This document shows positions 23,197 through 35,216 of a stretch of 64,000 nt of DNA, piece by piece (positions within the stretch are counted from its first letter, which is position 1; every line of letters starts with the position of its first letter). The DNA lies in NCBI GenBank assembly GCA_010093605.1, contig MU004191.1, positions 604,816 through 668,815 of the forward strand. The letters run 5' to 3'. The notes under the pieces were generated by a model. That model was not told the DNA's origin. It made no database searches and saw only the letters and a program-made list of their open reading frames with translations. The translations under genes were made by a program, and so were the position numbers. The DNA is from Lophium mytilinum. Lineage: Eukaryota.

Positions 23197-25959
23197 ATGC
23201 GCCTCCAGGGCCAGAGGCCCAGCCTGTGCCTGTTCTGCACCTTCAAATCGACTTCGACAGCATCTCGCGCCCACCCTCGAAATCGCAGTACCATTGCCTC
23301 CTCAAACTCTGGCTCACGGCATGTCCCTTACTCGGTGGAAGCTCGGCGTCGTGGATCATCGACGGAAGATCAACGTCCAGCTGCGAGGCCTGCGAGACCA
23401 GACATACCTGCACTTGTCGCACCTGGGAAAGCTTTCATAAAGCTGGACCTGCCATCAGCTGGGGTAGTAAAGGTTCCACTTCCTTGTCTGTCCGATCTAC
23501 AACAGAGCACTAATCTATTGCAGGGCCTTGCACGCAGAAATGGCCGTGGCTTCACCCCCTCATGGAAACTGGGCGCCAATGATTCCGTCCAGTTCAAAGA
23601 GAGAGTCAAGAATACCCTCACCATGATAGAAGAAGAGCTGACTGAGCCTTCGTTCTTGGACAGCCTTGAACTTAACCAAACGACGTTCTTAGAAATCTGG
23701 ACCGTCTTCGAGAAGCACATATTATCCCTAGACAAAGCCACTAGTGAAAAACGCAAGGAGGAATGGGCTGCGTTACAGAACATTCATGATGAAAGCGGGA
23801 AGCGGGGCCTTTCAGAACGATTAAAATATGCCTTCTATGGCCATATGATCGGTTCCAAATTCACCAAAGCGGAGCTATCAAACCAGAAACAACTAGCAGA
23901 TCTTAGATTTCCCCCGGAGTGGTTCCCGAATACCAGGCAGATGCGGCGCACTGTCCATCTCCATGTTGGGCCAACAAACTCCGGCAAAACTTATCACGCC
24001 TTACAACGCCTTGAACAGGCTGCCTCCGGCGTTTACGCAGGCCCATTACGGCTATTAGCTCACGAAATATACACACGCCTGAATGCCAAAGGAAAATTAT
24101 GTGGCCTGGTCACCGGAGAAGAAAGGAGAATACCTGAGAACCCAGACGAGACACTGAAAATGTGGAGCTGTACCGTGGAAATGACACCCTTCCAGACAAG
24201 GCTGGAAGTCGCCGTGATTGACGAGATTCAGATGATTAATAATCCTGAACGTGGTTGGGCATGGACGCAGGCTTACCTAGGCGTTCAAGCAAAGGAAGTT
24301 CATTTATGTGGCGAAGAACGGACAGTGCCCTTGATCAAAGAGCTGGCTGCTTCTATTGGGGACAAACTCATCATCCACGAGTATAAACGGTTAAGTCCAC
24401 TGGAAATGATGCATAATAGTCTGAAGGGAGACCTGAAAAAGCTAGAGAAAGGAGACTGTGTCGTTTCGTTTAGCGTTATGGGTATTCATGCTCTGCGAAA
24501 ACAGATCGAAAAGCAGACGGGGAAGAAAGTAGCCATCATCTACGGCAGTCTACCTCCAGAGACGAGAGCCCAGCAAGCAAAGCTCTTCAACGACCCTGAC
24601 AACGATTACGACTATTTGGTAGCCAGTGATGCTGTTGGAATGGGCTTGAATTTGTGAGTAGGCAGACTCTCGACGCGAACGGGTCTAACGTGGTTCAGGA
24701 GTATCAAACGAGTTATTTTCGAAGCTGGTTCTAAGCACAATGGGATTACTCACGTTCCCTTGAAGATTGCGGAGATCAAGCAGATCGGAGGTCGAGCAGG
24801 CCGATATCGAACTGCACATCAAGCTACTGCGGCAGACATGGCCTCTCGCCAGAATGCGGACGACTCTACCGAGAATGTCAATTCGAATGATGCGACCCTA
24901 GGCGTAATTGAAGGCCCGAAAGACACACCACAAAGCCCACAAACCGTTGGCTACGTAACAACTCTAGAAGCGTTTGATCATCGAGCTGTGGAGTACGCGA
25001 TGAGCGCCGAAGCCGAGCCCATTAAGACTGCGGGAATTTTCCCACCCGGCGTCATAATTGAGCGTTTCGCAAGCTATTTCCCTCCTGGAACGCCATTCAG
25101 CTACGTCCTTCTTCGCCTCAACGAGATCTCGCGCATCCACCCGCGTTACCAACTCTGTGGTCTGAAAGATCAACTGCTTATCGCAGACGCTATCCAGCCA
25201 GTCAAAGGTCTCACAATCGCGGACCGTATTATAATAACCGCCGCACCATGCAGCACGCGCGACCCACTCCAACGTGAGATGATCCGCGAATTCGCTACAC
25301 GCATCGGCGAACAAAGAACCGCGCCGCTCCTGGATATCAAGCAATTCAACTTTGATCTGCTGGAACAAGAACCGACGGGCAAGCGCGAATACCTTGCTGC
25401 TCTCGAGAGCTTCCACAAGGGACTTGTACTGTATTTGTGGCTGACTTTCCGATTCAGCGGAGTCTTTAACCAACGAGCACTGGCGACTCATACGAAGGGG
25501 TTGGTTGAGAATGCGATCGAGCATACGCTTTCGGAGTTTTCCTTTACGCAGGCGAGCATGGCTGCCATTACTAGTAAACGACAGGAACGACTGCTCCGAC
25601 AATTGAAGCTCCAATACCAAAATCCTGGCCTTGGCGAGGGCAAGGAGGCCCAGAAAAATGATGACCAAGAGGAGCAAGGGTCTGAAGAGAATGCTCTGAA
25701 GGTTACTGAGCTTCAAGAGGAGCCGGACCTCCTGAAGGGTAATGTGCGGAAGGATGCTTTACGAGAGAGTTCTCAGAACCAGCCTGAGCCGGAAAAAGAT
25801 GACGACAACGAGCCGCCAGATGTAAGGGACATCATCACGGACGAGACGTCCTTCCGAGAAGACACATCCAGCACTCGAGATGATTATGGAGAATATCCAT
25901 CTCCGGAGCTTGAGTCGATCAAGCAGCATCAACTTCCCCACGCGAGTCAGGCACCGTAG
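23197..25959 (+). CDS. SUV3: Mitochondrial ATP-dependent RNA helicase Suv3, 2 exons
   Basis: HVGPTNSGKTYHAL, AGPLRLLAHE, DEIQM...RGWAWT, YGSLPPETR, ASDAVGMGLNL, QIGGRAGRY. Intron ~24654-24699. Confidence 0.95.
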
Positions 25960-26433
25960 CGCTATTTCGAAATGACCCGATTTCTCTTCACATCTGTGTG
26001 AAAATTGAATTGTATATATTTCGTTTCTTGGGCCGAGGAAAATCGGTGCATTAGTGGTGTTTGGGGTAGACAGGTTGTACAATTGTCCATCACGGTATTC
26101 AATGGTTGTAGAAGTATATGTGCGAATAGATGTATATCAGTGTTTTGTATGAAGAGTCACGAGCCTATCACTCGATGTTCAGAGCGCCAACGTCACGTCG
26201 TAATGATTCTTACCCTTTTGCATTTACTTTCTACCAAGCATAGTCTCCTTCAATGTGTTTCCGCCCACCCGTCCTCCTACCGAACATACGCTTGCTTAGC
26301 TTGAGGGGCCCCGGCGGATTTACTGGTTGTTCAAGACGGCGAACCTAAAGGTTACATGGAATTATGAGAAGTACCATGAGGGAACACAATATGATGCTTC
26401 GTACTTTTCTTTTAGCGTGAGAGTGAAGTAGAG

Positions 26434-27411
26434 CTATGACAGACTACTCTCGCTCTTCTTCAACATCTGCCAAAACTCCCAATGCCTTGCCAAGTTCACC
26501 CTCATCAGCGCCGGCTCTTGGCAAGCATAATAGCCCTGTAGCATCTTCCGGGTCGCCACGTCTTCGTCAAGGAGCCCTGCCGTAGCCAACCTAGTTCGCG
26601 GCATAATCCTGTGCGGTGTGAACTCCTCGACATGTTCCCTATCTTCCTCAGTCGGCGGATCGATCAACTCCGTACAGTCTGAGAAGCCGGCCGGCTTGAA
26701 ATCGTCGAAATAATGCGCTTGACGCGCAGCGAGAGCAAGATCGTTGCCAAACTCGGGCTCCCAGGAGTCCCAAGCCTCTTGAAGGAGGCTATCGAAAGAA
26801 ACAGCTAGCGTAATTTGAATCTTCGGGTGCTGTTGGCGTAGCTGGTGGATGAGAGGGTTCAGGTCCCGTATTTCCAAGGGACCTTCCCACACTTTCTGGA
26901 TTCGAAGTTCTAGTCTTTCAAGTCTAGGAATGTGGAGTAAGCATGCAAACTTTGCACGCCTATCAACCATATCGCTTCCTTGCTCAAACAATTGGTCAAG
27001 GTCAGATGTGAGGCAACTGAATGATATGTATTCAATTATCTCGACACTGAGACGGCGGAGGAAAGCGGATGGCATGACGCCGCTGCCCCAGCGGCAGAAG
27101 CTTAGCGTTTCTTTAAGTGGGGATGATGATGTGATAGTGAAGGCATTGAGGCCGTAGAACGAGTCAGCCATTTCGGAGGCGAGCAGAGGTCCAGCCCAGC
27201 GGGACGACAAGAGATGTGCAGGGTCAAAATTTGGGTCCAGAGCCGTCAGGTGAGAGTAGGTAAGGTTGATAGGTTTGGAGTCAAAATACGTGAAGAGGTA
27301 GGAATAGATTTGGTCGCGGAGTTCACGCGGAAAGCGGAGAAGAATGTGGGTGATTGTATCGAGCATGCGTTGCTGGAGGTCTCTGTGGGATATCCTCTGT
27401 AATTGAGACAT
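26434..27411 (-). CDS. Hypothetical protein with F-box-like N-terminal motif
   Basis: 325-aa ATG ORF containing LLRFPRELRDQIYSYL and FYGLNAF. Confidence 0.7.
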   Translation of the reverse strand: MSQLQRISHRDLQQRMLDTITHILLRFPRELRDQIYSYLFTYFDSKPINLTYSHLTALDPNFDPAHLLSSRWAGPLLASEMADSFYGLNAFTITSSSPLKETLSFCRWGSGVMPSAFLRRLSVEIIEYISFSCLTSDLDQLFEQGSDMVDRRAKFACLLHIPRLERLELRIQKVWEGPLEIRDLNPLIHQLRQQHPKIQITLAVSFDSLLQEAWDSWEPEFGNDLALAARQAHYFDDFKPAGFSDCTELIDPPTEEDREHVEEFTPHRIMPRTRLATAGLLDEDVATRKMLQGYYACQEPALMRVNLARHWEFWQMLKKSESSLS

Positions 27412-28125
27412 TTTCGATGGGTGGTTTTGGCGTCGAGGACATATACAGAAGCGTTGGTCCTAGAGTGTAGTCCAGATTGAGCTTCCAGAGTAGGTAGATT
27501 CCTCGTCTTCGTTCAAAGAGAAAGCTATCTTTGATAATATCGCAAGAAGAAAAACAAGACGGAATTGGAAAGTATACAAAGTGAATGGATGCAGTAGATA
27601 TAGAGTGGAGGGACTGGGTTAATAATTGTTGCCTGAGACGCGCGGTCGCTGCACGTCAGACCTTAGAAAGGGCCCTTACGACTACTGTAACTTTAAGTTG
27701 AAACGATCGAAGCAAGTGATAATAATATGTGAGCAGTTGGTAAGGAATGCTGGTTGTTGAGGGCGGTGAAGAGATGAACTCCAAGCGGATGTAGGTCGTC
27801 TGCAATCGCATCACGTGACGAGCTGTTCAGCTCTATGCATGTCATTGACGAGCGAAAAGAGAAAATCGCACTACTTTGTTCCTTTTCTCGAGATCCGATC
27901 TTAAGTTCACAAAGATAAAAAAAAAGCCCCTGACAAGGGAACGGCCTGATACAGTAGCTTTAAACGACAACCTCGGTTTCTCATCCATCACCAGTTTCCC
28001 CACACTCCACACGATGATCGTGCCGAGACCTCCAACGTCGGCCCACAAGCCGGAAATGTATAAGGCATGCCCATACCGCCACAGAAGCTCTGTCTTTGAC
28101 ACAAGCTGGGGGTAACATCTGCATT

Positions 28126-30129
28126 ATGGCGACAACTAAACCAATACCTACACCACAAGCTTTCAAGAACGAGCCAGCAACACATGCCACAGCGCCATCT
28201 AGTGCGACTAGTGGCTTCTTCCAAACGCCTCCGAGGCTAGAGAACCCATTCCTCGAGGATGAAGCATACAAGCGGCTCTTCTCCTGTCCGTGTACTTCAT
28301 TCCAACTGCAGACTTCAAGCTGACATCACCAAGTCTATCTCCCCAGGCCCCTTCAAAGCTCCCTGAGCACGACCATAGCCCGCTTCGGTACCCTCACTCT
28401 TGCACCATCTACACTCTCCTACGCACACAACGCCGAATCCAACCCCCCGCGTTTGGTCTCGCAGACCCCTTTCGGCGCGCCCTCGAACACCCTCGTCACG
28501 AGCGCCGGATGGCAAGCTCTCCAAACCCTCGGCCTCTCCGAAGGCATGGTCGCCATAGCCTACGAGTATGAACAGGGGGCATACTCTCGCGTGCACCAAT
28601 TTCTGAAATACATGCTATGGCAGCCCAGCTCGGCCGGCGTAACATGCCCAAGCGCCATGCAAGACGGCGCCGCTCGATTACTCTCTCTACATCTTGCCAG
28701 GAAAGATATTGAGCTGAGTGAGACCGAGCGACGCGTGTTCGAGCGCGCGTACAGGCATCTAATAGCTAGAGACGCAGAGGCTTGGACCAGCGGACAGTGG
28801 ATGACCGAACGTCAAGGCGGGAGCGACGTGCGAAACACAGAGACTCTAGCCACCTACTCCCCCAACTTCTCCCCAGAAGAAAGCACCCTAGACACGGACA
28901 ACCTCCCGCTCGGCCCTTGGAGCATCAACGGCTTCAAATGGTTCTCCTCAGCCACCGACTCCAACATGGCCATCCTCCTTGCCAAAACCCCCTCCGGCGC
29001 CCTCTCCGCCTTCTACGCCCCCATGCGGCGCCAAACCCCCCCTTCCCCCTCCCAAATCCCCAACACCGAACTCAACGGCATCACCATCCACGCCCTAAAA
29101 TCCAAACTCGGCACCCGCCCCCTCCCCACCGCCGAACTCGTCTTACACAACACCCGCGCCTACCTCCTCGGCGCCCCAGGCGCCGGCATCAAAACCATCG
29201 CCACCATCCTCAACATCACCCGCGTGCACAACTCCATCTCCGCCCTCGGGCTGTGGGCGCGCGGCCTCGCCATCTCCCGCGCCTTCGCCCGCGTGCGCAA
29301 GGTCAACGGGGTTCTGCTCTCCTCCACCCCCTCCCACGTCGCGGAACTCGCGGCTCAGCACGCGGAGTTCCGCGGTATGGCGCATCTCGGCTTCTTTTGT
29401 GTTGCGTTGCTCGGGATCGTGGAGGCTGCGACCCCGGGGTACTCGCTCTCCCCGTCCCTGTCATCATCGGCGTCGGGTTTAGCTACCTCCCCGCGAGCGG
29501 CGGCAGAGGCGTTGGGAGTGGCGGTGGATGACGCGCCGCACCTCCTCCGTCTGCTAACGCCGGTCTCGAAGGCGCTGACGGCGCGCGCGGCGATCGCGGG
29601 GCTAGCCGAGTGTATGGAGAGTCTGGGCGGGGTGGGGTATTTGGAGAACGAAGATGTGGGGTTGAATGTGGCAAGGCTATTTCGCGATGCGAATGTGTTG
29701 AGTATATGGGAGGGAACGACGAATGTGATGGCGGAGGATTGCGTGAGAGTGCTCAAAGGACGGGATGGCGGGGTAGTGGTCGCGGCGGTGACCGAGTGGG
29801 TGGAAGGTAGAGTGAGGCTGTGGGAGGGGAGGGCTGGGGAGGGCGTGGTGCGGGTTTGGGATGGGTTTAGGGAGATGGTGGGAAGGACGAGTTTGGAGGA
29901 GCTGAAGGTTAGGGGGCGAGAGGTTCTGGCCACGCTAGCATGGGTTGTGGTTGCGGTGTTGTTGGGTGAGGACGCGAGGAGGGATGGGGACGCGGTTACG
30001 GGAGAGGTAGCGAGAAGGTGGATGGCTAGGAGGGTTGAAGCAGAAAAAACAGATTGGAGGGAGGCAGTGGAGTGGGATCGGAAGATTGTATTCGGCGAGG
30101 AAAAGGGGGAACATCGGGCGAGGTTGTAG
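28126..30129 (+). CDS. Acyl-CoA dehydrogenase (AidB/ACAD11-like), probably peroxisomal
   Basis: CPSAMQDGA, WTSGQWMTERQGGSDV, GFKWFSSATD, MESLGGVGYLE, IWEGTTNV. Intron 28286-28333 restores the frame. C-terminal ARL is PTS1-like. Confidence 0.92.
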
Positions 30130-31086
30130 ATGCATTGATATATCTAAGAAGTAGCGCTTTGAAATCCCCATATTAAAAATTCGCCCGTTTCTTGAGCAGA
30201 GATCCATTCAATTCCACCCATTCTTTTACCCAGATTAGCCAAGCCGGAAATCGAGGGGTTATCCGTAGTTAGTGAATACTGAAGACCAAGAATTCATTGA
30301 AGAAAGGATTCGAAATATACTCATTGGTAGACTCCCATCCATGCACATGATCGTTGGGAACTGCTGCATCAAGACGCCTGTGGCTTTGAGAAACCCAGAC
30401 CACAGACCACCAGAAGAGTCTTGCAGGTAGGATCCCAAAGCCGTTCATATCGGAATTGTGTGTGTGCAATAGCTTGAAGTCATACTGCAATGACTCAGGG
30501 ATTAATGGCCGGCCCCATCATCCAAAGCTCCGAAGCTACCTCCCGTCCCCATTTCGCGAAAGCAAGCTGCAGCACGTCACACAGCCTATTCCAAGCATTT
30601 TATCACCGATCAGAAGAAAGCCCCAAAAATCATGTGTCAGCCCGCCAACCGGCAGGCTAAAAAAAGTCAATTGTGTATTCCACAAAAGGACCCAGACAGA
30701 TCCAGACGATAGGTATATCTAAAACACCGCAGACTCCAGACCCAGTACCCAGCACCAGCCGTCACAAGTCCAGCATGCGATATATGCGCCATTCTATGCA
30801 CCTAATCCGATCCAATGCAGAACCACGCTATGCTATGCAAAAACAAGAAGACAAAGAAGAACAAAAGAAGAAGACAAAGAAGAAGGGAAAAAGTTCAAGA
30901 GGAAAATGTGTGTAATTGACAGGAAAGGCCAACCCTTTCCCGCGTTGTCTAATCGGAAAGAATCAATAGCGCTCTAGGCGCGGGCATCAAGCCCAGAAAT
31001 GGAAGTAAGCTATGACAGCACCGGGGCTACGCATCTAGGCGCTTAGCCGGCTAGAAAGAGAAGTTGAAGAGAGACCCAGGGGCCTA

Positions 31087-32526
31087 TTATAGGCGTCCGC
31101 GGAACTTGGCGGAGCCGCGCTGGTACATCTTCGACACGATCTTGTCGGCTTCGTCGGGCACGGCGCGCGCGGCGAGGGTGGCCGTGCTGAGGGGAGCGGT
31201 GACGGTGACCTTCTCGGTGACAGTGACGGTTACGACCTCTTCGGCGCCGTTGCCGCCGCCGATGCTGGTGTGGCCGGCGCGGTTCGAGATGGTGGGGATT
31301 GACGGCACTGCAACAGGGCTGTCAGTCATGGTGACGAAAGTGGAGATGCCTGATGCGTGTGGATGGGCGGGACGATTAGTGATCGTTGGGATGTTTGGCA
31401 TGTCTGGAGCGCTGCCAGAAGCAGGGCTCATGGCAGAGGAGGGGGTGGGTTGGGTCTCACCTGAAGTAGTAGGAGCTGCACCAGTGGGCTGAGCACCGGT
31501 AGGTTGAGCACCCGTAGGTTGAACACCGGTAGGTTGAACGGGGCCTGTGGCATTAGGAGCCATGCCAGTGGGTTGAGCACCTGTAGGTTGAGCTGTCTTC
31601 GGACCACCGTAGATCGTTCCGAGCTCGCCATCCGTGGGAATCGCACTACCTGGGAGCGCGGTGCGAGACTTGAAGTCGGACACGGCTTTCGTCATCGGAT
31701 CTTGCTGGATGAGTGTGAGGGACGGCTTTACTTTGGTATCGACGCTATCAACGATATCGACATCCATGCAAGAAGTGTAATACTCGTCTTTGCCGAGCTT
31801 ATCGTTGGGATCTTTGCCGGGAAGTGTAGGCCATTGCCAGACCCAGTAGAGGGTGAGCGGCTGGCCAGTCTTTGCATCCTTTGGTATCTGGAAGTCGGTC
31901 TCGCACATCAGGGGCATACCGTTGTTCGGTGTCGCGGCCTCACGTGCCATAGCGATATCAAATTTGCTGTTTTCGTAGCAGCGGCCGTCGTCAAATGTTT
32001 GCGCCGTGAGAAGTCTACCGTTACCATCTCCACCCTTGCCATCGACGGTCCACCGCATGACGTTGGCGAGAGTCTCGCCTTTCTTCGGGTTGGTGGTGGC
32101 AAAGACGTAGTTTGTACCAGCCTTGTCGGGCTTGCCGGGTAGCTGCAGTGGCTGGGAGACGTGTCCGTTCTCGGCGTATCGCATGGCGACGTAGTTACCG
32201 GGTGCGGTCTTCAGCTTTGGGAATCCGTCGGCCTGGCCAGGTTCCTGGGCATCCGTGTTACAAATGTTCATGTTGTCGGTGATGAACAGCCCTGTTGCTA
32301 CGCTGAGGGGCAGACCCCATTTTTGATGGCCCTGGACGGTGGGTGCATTCGCCTTCACGCCTTTATCCTGGAAGTTGCGCATGTAGCCCCACTCGCCGAC
32401 GAAGTTTCCGTCATCGCCGATATTGGTTAGCTGCTCGATCCAGGAGTGCCCAGCGACGTGAGTGGTAAGAAGAAGGGCAGTGGCGATGCGACCGAAGAAG
32501 GCCAGCTTTCCAGAAGTGGGCGTCAT
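31087..32526 (-). CDS. Secreted protein with predicted mature N-terminal His (HSWIEQL) and Pro/Thr-rich tail
   Basis: Signal peptide MTPTSGKLAFFGRIATALLLTTHVAG followed by HSW; motifs YAENGH, TLYWVWQWP, EYYTSCMDVDI; QPTG repeats. Confidence 0.8.
   Translation of the reverse strand: MTPTSGKLAFFGRIATALLLTTHVAGHSWIEQLTNIGDDGNFVGEWGYMRNFQDKGVKANAPTVQGHQKWGLPLSVATGLFITDNMNICNTDAQEPGQADGFPKLKTAPGNYVAMRYAENGHVSQPLQLPGKPDKAGTNYVFATTNPKKGETLANVMRWTVDGKGGDGNGRLLTAQTFDDGRCYENSKFDIAMAREAATPNNGMPLMCETDFQIPKDAKTGQPLTLYWVWQWPTLPGKDPNDKLGKDEYYTSCMDVDIVDSVDTKVKPSLTLIQQDPMTKAVSDFKSRTALPGSAIPTDGELGTIYGGPKTAQPTGAQPTGMAPNATGPVQPTGVQPTGAQPTGAQPTGAAPTTSGETQPTPSSAMSPASGSAPDMPNIPTITNRPAHPHASGISTFVTMTDSPVAVPSIPTISNRAGHTSIGGGNGAEEVVTVTVTEKVTVTAPLSTATLAARAVPDEADKIVSKMYQRGSAKFRGRL
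31480..31596 (-). repeat. Coding 15-nt tandem repeats (QPTG[A/V])n
   Basis: Repeated gtaggttga[g/a]cacc units encoding AQPTG/VQPTG, six QPTG copies. Confidence 0.85.
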
Positions 32527-34202
32527 CGTGCGTATGCGCGAGAAAGCGGTGTTCGGCTTGTGTTCTATCTTGACCGGCAAGATGGTTTGAAGGGCGAAGG
32601 TGGAACGAATCTTTTGTTGCTGAAAGTTTGCTGGAGCGTCAAAAGATGTAGCTGTGTGTGGCAAGGTGAAGGTGGATTGAAGAAGAGAAGCGAGGTGGGG
32701 TGCAGAATAGAAGAGATATATAGTGAGTCGCAACGAGCATTATACACGAACAATAGAAGGTCCGTGACGTTGAATAGAGTGTGGCGTTCTCGTCAAAGCC
32801 ATTGTGTAGGGCTAATCACGTGGCGCTTTGTCCTTCACAGAAAGACATGACTGGAATTGTTAACAGCACAGCTGCACGAGACTCTTTGTGAAGTGTGTCC
32901 CAGGGCAAGTGAAGGCTTTTGTACAGAGACGGACTTGGGACTGGAAACAAAACGCTGGGAGGACTGATCGCCACCGGGACTGTCGCGCATGGAACGAGGC
33001 CACGGCAGCCAATCGAGGGACTGTAGACAAAAATATCGAAACGGAAACGCTCAAACCGCATCTGAAAACAAGCTTCCATTCCGGCTGCATAGCGCGCGAT
33101 CAGTGTTTCAGGCCTGGCCGTCTCTGTAGCCGCCGCATGGCCAACCGCCTCACACCACCCATCGTGAGGCTCTTTCGCTGGCGTTTGCAGCGCGCGACGC
33201 GTGAGGAGACGATGTCTGTTCCAGGCATTCTAATTGAACTTTATTCTTACATACTATTGATAGTCCTACTTACTATCGATTGCTGATACTGTTGGCAGAG
33301 CTGCTGGTGTTCGGAGAGATCAAACGCCTTCAGCGGCCAGTCATTCCCTTGACGACTCTAAGGATTTCGCTTCATGCTCCAGTGGGCCAGCACTCCATCT
33401 AGGTGGTCACTCCTCCAGCGATCGCGTTTGCAACAGTCACCGCAGCAAACTCTGATGAAATACGGGCCTCTAGGATTCGCGGTGTGGAGTGCCAGTCAAC
33501 AGCTTGACGCGTCAGGGTGGTTTCAATGGAGTTGACGGCATACGCAAGCTGCGATGCTCGTCTCAAAGACGTGCGGGAGAGGGTTTTCTGAGGTTGAACG
33601 ACAGGCCGTCGTGGTCTTGTCTGGCGCTTAGCTTGGAGTTTAGGAGGTGTCGTCGACGAGGCTGGCAGCGTTTCAGGACATATTGGCGAGATCGGGTTGA
33701 TTGGCTGTGCTTAGAACCCGGCCCACCACGCTTTCCAGGAATACAATCTCTTCTTCCGACCCATTACCTTGGGCGAGAATAGAATCTGTCCCAGCAGGCG
33801 GCGCGAAGGCAATATTTGGGCGAGTATAGTTCTCTTGATGGCGAGTAGATACGGGCCCTTTCGCGAATGACGCTGCAGCCGTATGCAGGTATTGTTCAGA
33901 CTCCGCTGGTTTGCATTGCATTGTATCATCCGAAACATCGTGCATCTCTTGGATGAGAATGAGTCTACAAGACACATTGTAATTCACAATGCCATTGTCA
34001 TCACGGTAGCGTGATCATAGTGTGTAGAATTGCATTATCTGAGTCTGTCGCTCAGGAAGCTCCTGGCTCATATTGTGATCCAGCCTATAGGCTGCAACAT
34101 GTCGTGATCAGTCCATGTAAGAGGTATATCCGTGACTCCATAAGTCCCTTCGCGCCGACGCTATGCTTCAAGGAAATAACAGGACGAAGGATGCTGCTCG
34201 GT

Positions 34203-35216
34203 CTAGAACCATGCCAGCGTCCATAATGCCGGGTAGTTCGGCCACCGCTCCTGCCACTCGCCAACAATCTCCGGGACCTTTTCATCAAACCCCTCCCTCG
34301 ACTTCCCACTGCTGTCCCAACCGGCAGCTCCGTAGACTTCTCGCTCCTTCGCAGCTCCTTCATTCAGCCGGAGCGCTAGATCTAGGATCGCGCCGCCACC
34401 CACACTGGCCTCCTCGTGATTGTCTTTGATATCGATGTTGATGACGTGGACCGGTCGATTCAGCAGTCCTCCTTTGTTATGCAAGTCCTCCAGCACGGCA
34501 TCGAAGCAGCGTTCCTCGCATGTTATGATCACGTCGACAACGCCACCCTCCGTGCCGTGGAAACCCTGATCACCGTTGTGGTCTAGGCGCGCCTTTCCAG
34601 GAACCCAGTCCTGGAAGCGCTCCGGGTATGATTTGATAGTGAGGTTTCGTGCCAGCATGGGTAGCAGGCCGTTAGCGGCATAGAGCTGCGGATTCTGGGC
34701 TTGTAGCTCATTATGGATGGCATTGTAGGTGATGCCGTTGAAGGCATAAACGTTAGGCTCTTTGATGGTAGGGCCAGGAAGGCGAACAAGGGACCCGGTG
34801 CCGAAGGAGATGGTGGGGAGATTTGCGCTCGCAAGGCGGAGGTGGGCTTCCATCGATCTATGATGGTTAGCTAGTGTGCTGTGAAAGGCTAGGGCTTGAG
34901 GCGAATGCGGAGTGGAGGAGTGGTCTCATCTCTTCAGTTGGAACACGCATGTGATAGATAATTGCAAAGCAGTTTTGTATAGATTTGAAGGCGACGCTAT
35001 TTCTACGGGGTCGCGATTGAACCGCTCAACGTACCTGTTCTGATTGCTAGCACACACCGTGCAGAACCGCAGCTTGAAGCCCTCATCCGCCACGGCGCCC
35101 GTCGATGGCTTGGTGTTATTGGAGCCGGCCAGCGCCATTTTCGTCGAGTCTGGGTGGGCTTCGATAGGTGATGGAGGAGGGGGCGGAGCGACTCGACGTC
35201 GAGGATCGACCGACAT
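34203..35216 (-). CDS. SSU72: RNA polymerase II CTD phosphatase Ssu72, 2 exons
   Basis: Catalytic [13 protein letters not shown] across intron 35034-34858; [30 protein letters not shown]. Start could instead be the downstream Met (MALAGS). Confidence 0.95.
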
